Of a DNA stretch of 64,000 nucleotides, positions 26,738 to 40,800 are shown piece after piece. Within the stretch, counting starts at the first letter, position 1, and each line of letters begins with the position of its first letter. Source of the stretch: Yuukianura sp. NJ FZ-2021 (Eukaryota). The DNA is taken from contig CM102287.1 in the NCBI GenBank assembly GCA_046563655.1, positions 8,618,001 to 8,682,000 of the forward strand, given 5' to 3'. The position numbers and the translations under genes were made by a program. The notes below the pieces were generated by a model, which was not told the origin of the DNA, made no database searches, and worked only from the letters and a program-made list of their open reading frames with translations.

Positions 26738-28949
26738 TTCTGTAAGTCTCGTCATCATCCAACCATTTCTAATTCAAAATCCTAATTTCCCTTGTACACC
26801 TACACCCTCTTTGGATTCAAAATTTCCAAAAAGAAGCCCTGCAGGAAACGTCAAACCTATTATGTTTTACAAACTACATTTTCTCCATCGTGTATTCTTT
26901 TTCGAATGCATTTTTTATCCCATTACACCGCTGGATACTCATTTCAGCTCAGAAGCCACCAAAGTTTAAGCTCTATTGGACAAAAAAAAATCTCCAGGTG
27001 AGTGGGAAGTTTAAAAAACCGGTTTCTTTTTGGCTCCCATTTAATGATACCGAAAAGTAAATAAAGATTCTCTGTCGCCGTCATTATTAAAGCACAAGAA
27101 GATGAACACTCACTTACGAGGCACTGGATCATCCTCAAATTTTGAACTTTTTTATTACTTTTTCCCTCCATTCATAAACACAGATGAGAAATGTTCAACT
27201 TTGACCTCAGGGGATGGAGCCCTAGTCGGCACACTAGCGCTAGACGCAACCTCAGCTCTCGTGAGACCAAAATGAAAACAATACAAAAATAAAAGTTCAA
27301 AGTCGTTTTCAGAGTTCATAATTTATGAGAACTCAAAATCTCATAAAAGGCCAAGTGGAAAATGCTTTGAATTCAAGACCCTTACTCCAAAGCACATTAC
27401 AATTATTACGTGTTTCATCTAAGTAAAAGGATCTCTGCTCACATGTAGCATTTTCAAATGAACCAAAACCTGCCTGAGACTCTCTTGGTATGTTAAAAAG
27501 TAGAAACTGAAATTGATTTTTCACTAAGATTTGGTAAGGTTGGACTTGCATTTTGAAAGAGTTGCAGAGGAGATGGGAGAAGTAATTCAGGAAAAGTCAA
27601 TGAAGTGATTCACGATCCCTGAACTTTCTCCTTCGATGGATTTTAAACTTTGGAAATTTGAAAAAACCGACTCAAAAGCTGTTTTAAAAAAAGAGAAAGT
27701 TGTGAATTTCTAGAGGCGCTTTGAAGGAATTTGAGTTTGGCACATTACATACGGGAGACGCTTCATCAAGGGCTCAAATGAAAGAGAAGATTAAAAAGGA
27801 AGTTCGACGAATGAACCTTGACGAATGACACATCAAACGAAGTTTTTTTCTGAATACTAGAAAAACTTCCGCATTTTGAATGAAGCGATTTAAAGCGTCG
27901 TCGCTCTCTAAGACGCAGCGATGCTAACCAGCAGTTTCCTTTAAAGTCAAATCAAACGTAAGGAACATATATCGAAAATTTGGGAGAAAAAAAGGTTAAA
28001 AAAGCAATGGGTAAAGTAATGTAAGAAAAATTTAAATTTAAAAATTTTCATAAAAATGCTTCAAATTTAAAAAAAAATGTTTAATGTTTTTTTTTTTACA
28101 TTTCATGTTAAAAAGAGAAGTTTTGGGAGGTTAGGCAGACCAGAAACATTTTTTTTCTATTTCTTCTTTTTTCTTCTGTTTATAAAAATGTTTTACAACG
28201 AAACTTTTCCAATTTGGCAATTTAAAAAGCTCTCGATGTTTCTGTGTTAAAAATAGTATAGTTAGTTCCCTTGTCTCGTGTAAAAAGTATAAAGAATTGG
28301 AGCAGAGACATTGTTGTGTTTGTAACTTTTTCCAATTAATTACTAATAAATTTGCCAAGTCCTTGGAGAAGTCATACTTTAATAGCCTTGCTGACTAAAT
28401 AAATGCGTGTAAATAAGTGAAAGTAATTAAGTTAGGTGTGAGATAAGTGATCAAGTGGCTGATTAGGGGGAGTGGTGGGGATTTAAGCACGAGTTTAATT
28501 AGGCACAGATGACCACCCCAACAGTACATCTCCACCGAACCAAAAACAGATCATCACCCCTAAGCAACACTAACAGCTCCCAAATTAATCACTTAACTCC
28601 TCCATGTTTTAACTTTAGCCCAAGTTTAACTTAGGCTCGATGTAATTTCATTAAAAAAAATTCTTTCCAATCTTACCGTAATCAAAAACCAGAAATGAAA
28701 ACATAATTTTCACTTTTCTTTTAACTCACGGCCTATTGAAGGTACAAAAGGAGCAAATTTGTGCAAAGACGTCTCAGTAAATCCTCTGCCCTCACCGGCA
28801 GCCCTTCACTTCAATCATCTTTCAAAATTTCAAAAGAGAAAGTCAGTTTGCAAATTGAAGGTTACAAGGAGCATTTCCAAGTATTCTTTGGAATTTTGGA
28901 CGACCGGTAAGGTCAAAGGTCACCAAACCGAAATTGGACAACTTCTACA

Positions 28950-31900
28950 ATGAAGAAGGTAAATTTTTACGCCTCTCCAAACAGCAGAATATTACAGTTT
29001 TCTATCATGGAAGTCAGAAAATCAAAAAAAAAATGCAAACAAAATTATTACAGAAAGTGGAAAATTTGCATGAAAAAAAAATCATTACAGAAAATCGAAA
29101 ATTTGCATGAAAAAAAAATCATTACAGAAAATCGAAAATTTGTACAAAAAAAAAATTAAAAAAAGGAAGTTTAGGAAATAACTAGCGTAAAATTTATTTT
29201 CCAAAAACTTTTCAAAAAAAAATTAGCAGTCTTGGATATTTAGCAACTTTCGATTTTACCGTAATAAAATAATACAACACGCCAAAAAGGTTTCTTCTTT
29301 TGAGAAGACTTTTGCATGCAACATTGCATTTTTGCAACAACTCTTCATAAATCTGCAGTAAACTGAAAACTCATAACGATGTTTGCAAGAAAATCGAAAG
29401 TTAATTGAACGTGACCACAGTTTCTAAACAACTCGTTCCCAAATGTCAAGGCCAAAAGCAAAAACTCCCACTGAACTTGCTCATTCTTACAAAATTATTA
29501 TTCAAATCTTCATAATAAATTATTATAAACTAACTAATTTGCTAAAAATTTTACGTTTCAGGGATCCGTACACCTACTACTGCTCGGAATATTCCTGGCA
29601 GTATCCATCAGCACATTAAATGCCGAACCTCCGCCTCCGAATTACAACTACAACCACTACGACGCGAGTCCAATGCACCACAACACTTTAGAGCATGACG
29701 AGTACGTTTCACAGCTTACGTATATTCCAGTATTGTAATCTCATGACCTTTGACCTCTTAATAATTTTCTTGACCTCTAGCGGTCAGCATGACCAGATTC
29801 ACGTCCAGGCAGAACATGACCACAGTCCTATAACAGGAGACGACTACGGCTTCAACGACCTTCACCCCAGCAATCCAAATCCATACAAAGGCCAAGGTCA
29901 AAGCTACACAAACTCCTACAGTCCACCGCCGACCAATCCAAACAACGTTTTCGGTTCTCCAAGCACAAACTACGGTATGACGGACCCCATGACGGGACTC
30001 CCAATGGAAATGGAACCGGCACTTCCAACGACTCGCGTTGTTACTCAACAGGGAATGCCGAACCAAAGACGTCCAGCGCCACAAGGACCAACGGCACAGA
30101 AGAAAACACCAAGCACAAAACCAGGAACGTCGCTGTTCTCCGGACTCCATTCGCCGTTACAAGCAATCAAGGACACGATTTGGCCGAACAAGGGGCGTCC
30201 TCGTCCATCTCCAGGGCCACAAGGAGGCTACAGTTCCCCACCACCACCGCGACCAACTTACGGAGTTCCACCGCCGCCACCGACTAATAACGCACCAAAA
30301 CCACCATCCGAGCCTTCGTACACACCTCCAATGACAATGACTTACGACCCACCAAGACCACAACCGACTTATACTAGCTCACCACAACCACAACCATCAT
30401 ATGTTGCTCCAATGATGAGCTACGATGTACCACGCCCACAACCTTTTAACAGCTGGCCGCAACCTCAACCTCAGCCATCTTATGGTCCACCGCAACCAAC
30501 TCACGAACCACCAATGCCGCAACCCACTTATGGCGCTCCGCAACCTCAACCAAGCTATGGACCTCCGCAACCTACATTTATGCCACCAAACCCAAGTTAT
30601 GGTCCACCGCAGCCAACAATGGGCACCCCACGACCTAGCTATGGCCCCCCACAACCTACATTTATGCCGCCAAACCCAAGTTATGGTCCACCGCAGCCAA
30701 CAATGGGCACCCCACGACCTAGCTATGGCCCGCCACAACCTACATTTATGCCGCCAAACCCAAGTTATGGTCCACCGCAGCCAACAATGGGCACTCCACG
30801 ACCTACTATGGCCCGCCACAACCTACATTTATGCCGCCAAACCCAAGTTATGGTCCACCCCAGCCAACAATGGGCACCCCACAACCTACAATGCTGCCGC
30901 CAAACCCAAGTTATGGTCCACCCCAGCCAACAATGGGCACTCCACGACCAACACAAGGCTATGGCGCTCCACAGCCAACACCTCAACCTGGACTTCCAAC
31001 CAACCCAGCTGAATGGTCAGCCCAACTAGAAGGGTGGGCTCCAGGTCCAGGCAGCTTCAGCGACAACCCCACCCCAAGCAAAGGTTCCCCACCACCCACA
31101 CCCCCAATCCTAACATTTGTCCCCATGAACATGCAACCAGCTAGTCCCTCTGGTGGCAATCCCGGCCAAAATACTCAACCTTCCGGCCCCACCATGATTC
31201 TGCCGTCCATCCCTCCATACACTGGAGCTCCAGCTATGACAGCCTACGAGGCCCCACCGATCTCTCGAATCCCCAACACCGGAGCAGGATACACTGGAGC
31301 CCCAGCTATGATGGCAGTCTACGACTCCCCACCAACGCCACGAATCGAAATGTCACCCCCGCCCCCTCAAAACACACCACCAAAGCCAATAGATATTATG
31401 GAAGTCCCACCCGCCCCACAAAACACACCCCCAAACCCTACAAATTATATGGAAGCCCCACGTAACCCATTCCCCAACGAACAACAATTTCTTCCTAACC
31501 CACAACAACAGCGCCATACTTTCCCAGTCAACAAAGGACAATCATTCACCTTCTCCTTCCGAAAGCCCCACCCACGAGGACCACCACACACTAAAATTAC
31601 GCTCAATTACAAAGGTTGATTAATCACAATTAATAATTACTTAATTACTCAATTACTTTCAACAATTAACATTCCCTTACTCTGTAGGTTACATGCCCCC
31701 ACCAGGAGTTCAACATAGTCCATCCAGCAAAGACGACTATGGCTACACTCCTACTTCCTACGACGGCGCAGGATTGGCCACTTTCGGTAAATACAAAAAC
31801 TACAGCCAAAAGTTCCAAAAAATGAAAAATCCTCCAAAAACTAACTTTTTTAAACTTTTTAGAATACGATCGCCGAAACTTTTTGAATCAAATGTTCCCC

Positions 31901-31972
31901 ACACCATCGCAACAACCAGGAACAAGCTACGGAGGTGGAAAACCAAATCGAAGGAAACACACTAGCTCATGA
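28950..31972 (+). CDS. Secreted proline-rich repeat protein (cuticle/extensin-like YGPP/YGAP repeats) with a 1-bp frameshift at ~30805
   Basis: Exons 28950-28958 (MKK), 29562-29701 (signal peptide GSVHLLLLGIFLAVSISTLNA), 29781-31614, 31688-31786, 31863-31972. 84-bp repeats encode PSYGPPQPTFMPPNPSYGPPQPTMGTPR. AATAAA at ~32187. Confidence 0.85.
29047..29157. repeat. 37-bp tandem repeat x3 in intron 1 of the Pro-rich gene
   Basis: attacagaaaatcgaaaatttgcatgaaaaaaaaatc (with minor variants) at 29047, 29084 and 29121. Confidence 0.85.
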
Positions 31973-32440
31973 GTCATGACCTTGTTGACCTTCATTTCTA
32001 AGTCACTTCTTGTCCAAAACAGCCTGAAATTTTTGTTTTCTGAAATTTTTTGGCACTTTTACACTATTTCCCCACTTATAACATTGCGATCTTACCCGCT
32101 AAGTTATTGTCTACTAAATTGCACCCCATCCTTCATTGTTTTTACTGTTAACTAAATGTCTATGGTTAATCAATACAACTGTGTTCAATAAAATGCACAA
32201 AATTTACTAAAAATGAAATTTCTCGTTGCCATGGACAACCGTCCTGTTCAAAATTCCTGGCCTACAAACAAACAAGTCCGAAACTAAAATTTCGCAATTC
32301 TTCCCAATCAGCACTTTTCGGATTTTCATAAGCAGTCCCCGGATTTCACAAAACCATTTGACCTTGACCTGAGTACCAAATTGGAACACGAGTTTCCAGC
32401 ATCAATCAATTTTTGTAATTTTTAATAAAACCTGCTCAAA

Positions 32441-34726
32441 ATGTATCTCCACAAGACGGAATCAACTTATGGACGTGTCGTTCCAAAACCAGAGGCTGAG
32501 GGAAAACCAAAGGAAGAAGCAATTGACGATACTCCGGTTCCCATTCAAGACCAAATTGAAAATTTGCGAACCAAAATCAATCTCAAAGGTAACTCAAACC
32601 ACAATTTACAAAACAACTATAAAAAAAGAAAAGGAATTTTTAAATTTCGAGAAATTCTTTTGAAATTTTAACTTTTTAGAACGCTACAACAAGGTCATCA
32701 GCGAAGAGCTTGAAGAGTCACGTCAAGGAGCTTCCAGCATCCTCTTTGACCTTTACAATGAAACGAGAGACCTGCGCTCACGGCTCATCGATGCGCTCAA
32801 TGCTGAGAAAGCGGCTGTTCAAAATGCGCTTCGAACACATCGCTTATTTCAACTGGCCATGACAGACAGATCAGCCTCCGTAAATTCAATTTCAATTCAA
32901 AAATTAAACAATTCACAAATTCCTCAAATTCGGGAATCTTTTTACTTTGAAGGTGGCAATTCCCTGGCTCCAAGATATTCTATTCGATGCTTGCAAAAAA
33001 TTCAATTCTCTCCTCTGCTACTTGGCTGCCAAGCGCAAAAAACTGGAAGAAGCGGAGTCCATGGTGGTCATGATTGAAAAATGGCCACGACCAGGCACAC
33101 TCCCGTGGGAACTGGAAGCCATCATTGAATTCATTCGAATTGAAAACCGAATTGAATCGGTCAAGGGTAAACTCAAAATTTCAAAAAATATTATCAAATT
33201 TTCAAAATTGTACCAATTTTTACAACTTTTTCAAAAATTTAAACCTTTTCTAGTCAAATTGGAAACAGCGACAATTCTTCATTCGAAATACTACGAAATC
33301 AAATTCATTCTTCGTGAAGAAGGTGGAAAATACTTGCCAACACTCAAAATTCTGGAAAATCAAGTTGACAATCATCGCAAAGAATTGGCCGGTCTCAAAA
33401 AAATGCTGGTCGAAGCATACAAGGTGAAAACCATAACCTAACAAATTTCTAAACATAACACAAAAAAATAGCCTAACTTAACCAAACCAACTTATCATTC
33501 TCAACTTTGCAAAAATTATAAGCGTTCTGATTGGTCGATTTTTAGTTTCTGGAAGATGCCAAACGGAATCAAGCTCTTACTGAGCGAGAAGCCTACGATA
33601 ATCGTAAGGAGCGCCGTCGTCAAATGGGCAAAATGAAAAAGGCTGTGGACAAACTACTGGCTGAAAACGCCAGTCCAATGCCGAACAAACGTCTTAACCG
33701 TGAAACTTTGAGCAACTTCGACTGGATTACTGGAAGTGAACAAGAAGTTGTCGTTACGGAGGAAATGCTTAAAGCCAAGACCGACAAAATTGAAATTTTT
33801 CAAGAACGAGCTCGCCGTCTGGTCGATTCCATGCGCGTTACAGACTTGACGCAGATTCCTATTCGGTAAAAACAAGTACATTCGAAATTCAAAATCATTC
33901 TTTCAAAACAAAAGTTAAGTTTGTTCCAATTTTTAGATTGAAAACTGTTCGAGCCTTGGGTGAGCACTTGGTAGCCGAGTTGGAAAGTAAAGAAAAGTTG
34001 AAAGAGGTTCTGCTCAAGCAAAAGGCACAACTCTACTTGATTCAATGTCACTTCCGCTACACTGGACAAAAACAAGAAGAAGCGTAAAACATTTTCCATT
34101 TCTCCAAAAAAAAATTGGACTTTCCAAATTTTGACTTTTCAAGGTCATTGAATTTTGCCATATTTTTTTTTCGTTTTCCAGTTTCTTGAATTCCCTTGCC
34201 GAGTCTGAAGCAAGTCGAGTTGACCTTGAGAAGCAAATCAAGGCCGTCAAAGACAAACTGAACTACTACGGCAACATTACGATTCAAATGCGACTTGCAG
34301 TCTTCGGAATCACACAATTTCTGGACGAAGGGAAGAAAAAGCGCGGTAAAGGAATTGAGCAAGACCTTCGAACGCAACTTCGTCACCTTCAAGCCAAATT
34401 CGCCATTTTGATCAAAAAAGTTAATCAACTCGAAAGCCTGTTCGCTGGAAAAGAAGCTGAACGTGACTACACTTCACTTCTCAAACCGCCGCCAGTTCCA
34501 GCACGACTCGTTCGTGTCGGTTCGCCAGTCGTGTCTGACGATTCTGACGGTAAGCAACACCTTAACATAACAATACCACTAATTTCCCCACAACTTAACG
34601 TTAACCTTTGACCTTGTTTTTTAAGATGACGAAATCTTGGACTCAAAAGTTCCTACCCGCCAACAAATCAAAAACAAAGGAAAACGAGTCATCCAACAGG
34701 CAATCCTGCGTCGCGGTCTCAGATAA
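32441..34726 (+). CDS. ODAD3: Outer dynein arm docking complex subunit 3 (CCDC151-like coiled-coil protein)
   Basis: About 8 exons. Coiled-coil sequence IENRIESVKVKLETATILHSKYYEIKFILREEGGKYLPTLKILENQV...KEL...EREAYDNRKERRR and the C-terminus DDEILDSKVPTRQQIKNKGKRVI resemble CCDC151. AATAAA at ~34797. Confidence 0.75.
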
Positions 34727-34881
34727 ATTCTCCAACTCAACATTTTACCACCATTTTCAAACTAAAAACTAAAACTAATCACACTAATATTTATATAATA
34801 AAGCTGAGCTGCATTGCAATTGAAATAATTTATATAACTACTATGGCTTTGACCAGCACTCCCTCGACGTAAGCACCGTAG

Positions 34882-37800
34882 TTAATCAACTGCAAGCAAC
34901 AAAAGAAGCAAAAGATAGGCAAAACAAGCGTAAAGCAATGCAAACATAATCGAACGTTTTGTGGCTTACCTTTGGTAGTTTTTCCTTGCTCAGTGATTTC
35001 GCGCATAGGAATATGCGAAGTCATGCTGCTTTTAGAGCGTAGAAACGCACATACGGTGAACATGAAGGCGAAAATCAAAGTACCGAAGAAGAACAGCATA
35101 AATGAAAAGTCGTCCATTCCGAAGTCTTCAGAAAACACCTGAAATTGACATTGGAAGTTTAAATATTAAAATAGGTTTTGATATTTATAATTTATGTTTT
35201 CGATTTGAAAAACTCACCATAAAGTATCCTGAAACGTCATCGAAAGTATCAAATTCTCCTAGAGCTGCTCGAAAGTGGTAGATGCCAGTTCCATAGACTG
35301 TGAATTTCAGTCCTTCAGCATTGTAGTATCGCTTGCCACGGTGAAGATGTTTGTCGCTGTTGATGTTGTCGAGGTACGAATTTCCTTTGCCTGTTCAAAA
35401 AACAAGGACAAAACTAAATAAAAACATCTCAAAATCGAACTCAATCTCAAAGATGTTCGTCGAAATTTTGAAATACTGTCCTGTTATTGCGTTTACTTGA
35501 TAAGCTGTAGTCCTCTCTTCCATTGACTTCCTCCACCCATACAACCAAGTGCGGTTTTTCCAAAAAGAACAATGGGTGCTGAAATGCAGGTTCCATTACA
35601 GGGGTGTATGTAACTCGAATGGTAAAGGAGTATCCTCGTCGCACTTTGTAAACCTAAAAAAAAACTCCGTGTTTTGTTTAAAAAGTGTTCCAAAAAGTTA
35701 GTTTTTTCCAAAAACTTAATCAAAATCTAAAAATTATAATAGAATACCGTTTCCTTGCAGTCTGTATAGAACGGATGATCGTCGAGCTTGTCTGCAGGAG
35801 TGCATTTACACTCCGCCCGGGTCAATTTGTCTTTACACTTGGAGTAAACACCTTACGAGGAGTAAACTTATATTAAAAAGTTCCGCAGAATTTTAGAACT
35901 GTGGAATCTGTAGAAACAAAAGCGTAAAGACTCACCACCGGAAACTTTGGATACTTTGTAGGTCGTCTTGTACATAGGTTTGGATGGATCAGAGTTATAC
36001 ACATTAGTAGAAATTGGAATGTTGACACCGTGGATGCTTGGAGGACGATAATTCACCTGGTAAAATATCAATTTTAGAAAGTTTTAGAAAAAAAAAATAG
36101 TTCCATTTTTTTTAATTCTGATTGAATTGGAAATGCTCTTACTGGAATTCCCACGTAAATTGGAACGTTATTTTTGTAGACACGCCCGTCTGCATGAGGA
36201 TTCAATATCTCTTTGGCTGGAATTTTTATCCTGCCGGCAAATTCAGAATAAAAAAAATTCTCGTTTTTGGACTTCTGAATTTCAAACTTTTTATCAAAAC
36301 AAGAACAGAACTTACGGATAATGAATTGTTAGACGTTGACCTTCCGCTCGCATCACTTGAAATATAAATGTGAGAGAACATGGCGTTTTGCAATTAGGCA
36401 GACAAGACAGTGCCCTGAAAAAGATATACAAAATTATCACAATTACAAAAAATAAAATAACTTTATTTTATAAAGCATACTGAACCTGACCAAACGTACC
36501 TTACAACAACGCTTGACTGTCCAATTGAATAACCTGAGTTCATACACTTTTTAATACATACACATATATGTATATCTTTACTGAAGTAAAGTTTATAAAA
36601 GCATTTTTACGAACTTACCAGTCGGCTTAACAGTTATTTCAATGCTTTGCGACGTCAACACTTTACGCAATGTTTGTTGAAGAGAAAGGACAGTCGGATT
36701 GGAGTTTGTCACCTTGAGTCTCACTTGTTGCATCATGACTTCCCCCTCTACAAAGTAAAACCAAATCAAATGTATATGAAATTAGAACAATGTTTTGTTT
36801 TAAGAGAGATTTACGTGGTAGAATAGCAGTGAGGGTGACGGTAAATGAAAGGGAATCATGGAGATTGAGAGCAATAACGCCTCCGCTTGATTTCAAAACT
36901 GGATTTGGTTGCAGAAGCAGTTCGAATAAACAATCCGACGGGTGCGTGTACCACGATGGAAGACTCGGATACCAGTCTTCGTCAGGCACATCAATTCGTT
37001 CCGATAGGTCACCAGGCAGTTTCTCCTCCAGATATTGCACAGACGCCATGTTAATGAAAAATCCCTCGTAACGAGCCAGGTCAATTTGCAGTTGACGGTC
37101 CACTTTGGCAGTTGCTACAATTCAGCATATTTCATAATTGTCGAAATTGGTACATAATCATAATCAAATCTTCTCATAAAGTTTACCTTTTCCGAAAAGA
37201 ATATCTTTCGCGTAGCGGTTACGTTGAACTGGGGGCTTTTGATCTGGTAGTGTAAACGTTTCCGGAAGTGTTAATAGTATGCTGAAGTGTCCAGGGATAT
37301 AGAATGTCCAGCCTACATAATGCGAAATTACGTCCTTGGTCCATGTGCTGCAAGCGGTTTCATTTGAATCTGAAAGAAAAACAGATGATTGTAGTAAGTT
37401 GTAACGAGAGTGGTTTAGAGTGAAACAGCAGGAACCTATGTCAGTTTTGTCGATGTAGATAAAGGCATCATTTGTTCTCGCATTTACGCTAACCTGCATC
37501 AACCAATATAACAAAGAATCCGAAACTACGAGAAGATTATTTTACAATTTTAAAATATTAGTAGTGACACACTTACGTGGGTAAAACAAGAGAAAGCATG
37601 CATTGGAATACTCTTGACTACATAGGCGAAAGCGACAGCAGAAAATGCTTCTAGCCAACTCGAATCCAAGAATTTGATATGCCGAATGTACAACTCACAA
37701 GTTGGTTCCGGTTGCTTCCCTGGTATTGTCCTCAAGCCTGTTTTTAAAAAAAATTGGACTTATACATTAGTAGTAGAGTAGAAAAAAAAATTTGAAGCTA

Positions 37801-40800
37801 AAGTTTTACAGCGGATTGTGTTTCCGACGTCCGTCCTCGCAAAGCCAATTTTATGTTCCATTTTGGCCTCATATATCACCTAGTACAAAGAAAAATATCA
37901 CAAAAACGTTAAACGTCAAAATGTAAGAATATTCTAATATTCATGACTAATCGTAACTTTACCACAGTGATTCCGTCAATAAGAAACGGACAGAGGCTCG
38001 GTCGAACGTCCTGAGCTACATACATGAAAAAAAAAGTTGAAGAACGTTTCTCCGTTAGTTAAAACCAAAATTGTATATCTTACATTGAAAAGGCAGAAAT
38101 AGTTCAGGCTTGATGTTAATCAGCGTCATTCGTGCTGGTATGGCAGCATGGGCTAAAAGCTTACTTTCAAAAACAGCTCGAAAAATATTAATTTGGGAAG
38201 CAAGCATTTTGTTGGCAAGATCAAAGATTTTTTGCTCAGTTAAATATATCAGCTCATCGTCCGAGTCCGAGTCTGCAATGTAAAGAGCATCTTCATACGT
38301 TTTCACTGTTACATTTTCCGGTAGCAGGGAATGTTGGTTCTTCATTCCACCTTCCATGTACCAAATTTGAATGTTTCCTTGATTACTAACGCGATAGAAT
38401 ATGCCTCTGGAAGCAAAAATTAAAGGTTTACAAATTAGATTACCACTATAAAAAATAAATTGGAGAAAACAATTTACAACCATTTCTTACTTCATTGCTT
38501 TTAGCAGTATTGGTCGAGCCAAGAACTCAAAAGTGCGGCCTTGTACGGACGTATAGACCGGTTGGATGAATCTATGTTGTAAAAAAACTGATTGTTTTTG
38601 GTAATTGATAGGGACAATGCTAGCAAAAGTTAACAGTTAAACTATACCTGGATATTTTGCTATCAAATCTTGAACTGGGAGGAACAAACCAGCCTTCTTC
38701 AATCGCCACTTCACGAACCTCCGGAAAATCATCGATGTGAACTTCATGTGCTCTGTAGTATGCTGAAACTTTCCCAACGAGCAGTCTACCAAAAAAATAA
38801 ATTAATTAATTACTAAAATAAATGTTCATGTCTACTGTATATTACATCACAAGAGAAATAGTTTAGACTTGCTTTGTATGATCGATGTTAACACAAATAT
38901 AGTAGCGATCCGGATGATTGAAGTTACAGTACTCAATTTCCTAAGAAAAGCAAAATTGCTTAGTTTTCGATTGCGAGTCATTAATTGATAGTTGTATGAA
39001 AAGACTTACCGAACTCAAGTATCCTACGGAAAGATACACAAATCGTCCACCAGATTCTGCAATCCAAATTTGATTTCCAACAAAATGAATATCCAAGGAC
39101 CCAATGGAGACTTCGATCTTTCGAAATTCAAAGTCGCTTGGAAAAACTTTTGGAAGAAATCCATCCCCAAGTTCGGTTGTTAAGATTTCGTAGTGATTAG
39201 GCTTGTCAGTCTCAGTTTTCTTTGGCATTGGTACAACGAAACGAACATACCAACGTATGTCTGAAGTGTAGGCTTCCAATGGCTGAGGAGGATTTCCCAC
39301 TTTGGCTACAAAGTCAAACTGATTCAGTTGATAGTTGTAGTAGGCTGATGAGAGTTCATGTATCAAGTCCTTGTCAAACATGGTTGCACCCTTGATGAGG
39401 AGAACCCACTCGGTATAAGGTTGTTCCGCATAGAGAACCGTCCAAGCAACTGGATTGCTCAAAAAATTGTCTGGACTGATCGTGTCATGGCTTATGACTA
39501 TAATGACGATGTCACGAACATAAGGTCTTTGCTGAATGTAACACGTCGGTAAATGATGAAGCTTGAAGGAGTGAATTAGAGGGTTGATTCCAAACGGCTA
39601 CAATAAAATAAAGAGAGTTTTTAGACATAATACGGTAGTAACGAGTGTAGAATGGGGAATAAGAATTCAGTCTCACCGTGAAGCAGTAGAACATGTCCCG
39701 TACGTTAGAGCACGGGTCAATTAGATGAAATGACAACAAAGGGAGGTCTGAGTAATCCGCAAATTGCAGTGGAGCAGAGGTCATGGGCTCGGACACGAAA
39801 ATACCGCGATTTGACACAGCGAGGATATGAGCATTTGTAAGTAGCAGGCTTTCGATGGTAGCACAATCTGAGTCGAGTTGAAAGTATTGGAAAGAAAAAA
39901 AATAAATGTAATTAGTGATAAAAGATATAAAACTGGTTAGCGACTAAACTAACCGTGAGGATACGACAAGCAAAATGCTCTGGTCATGTCAATCCAGTCA
40001 GGTCCAACATTGTTCATTGCTATTGGAATGGAGAGATACACGTTCGTCAGTGGACCCCATCGGGCCAGACTGCTATATTCTTGACGTTGTTGAACAATCA
40101 GGTAAAATGCGAACAAATCCCTGGCACAGCTTTGTAAAACGAACAAAGTCAGCAATCCATTAACAAGTTGTACTCCAGGGAGTACTAAGATGATGAAATG
40201 ATAATGGCTAAAAGTTGAAACTTCTTACCCGTTTTCCAGCATTTTGATATCATGCGGAGAAACTTCATGGTAGGTGTGGTTGAATTCGTCGGGTGGAGGT
40301 GGGTAAGCTGGACGTAAACTCATTGAAACGTTAAGAATATCTTCCCATGACTTCCAGAAGTCATCCGAATAGCGCCACCGGGCGAGAGGACAGGTAGAAT
40401 ACTCCACAACACTGAGTTGACGTTTCAGATATCCAGTGCCCGCAGGATACTCCACAAGAATGTCGTAACTAATAGAAGGAAGGATTTCGACAATATATTA
40501 TCAATCATAAGCTGATACAACCCTTTATAAAGTTAAATGTTCCAACTTACATTGGATTTTGAAGGTTCGACTCGTAGGATAGACGGTACAGGGTATGAAA
40601 TGATATGACATCGTTAGGACGAGCTGTAAACAGTATGGTGAGACTGAATGTCGTGTTCCGTAAAGTCGCTCCGGGTATAACTCCAGTTGAGTTGAGAAAC
40701 TTCCAGTAATATTCCTTGCGCAATGCCTGCTCCGTAACGTTCGTAATCGAACTGTCGTAGTACAACAAGTGAGCGTTCGTGACTCCTTCACTCGTATGTA

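Noticed and set aside
29758..31012. Overlapping alternative-frame and antisense ORFs in the Pro-rich region
   Set aside because: Shadow frames of a C-rich, stop-poor repeat. Only the frame with the signal peptide and consistent splicing is supported.
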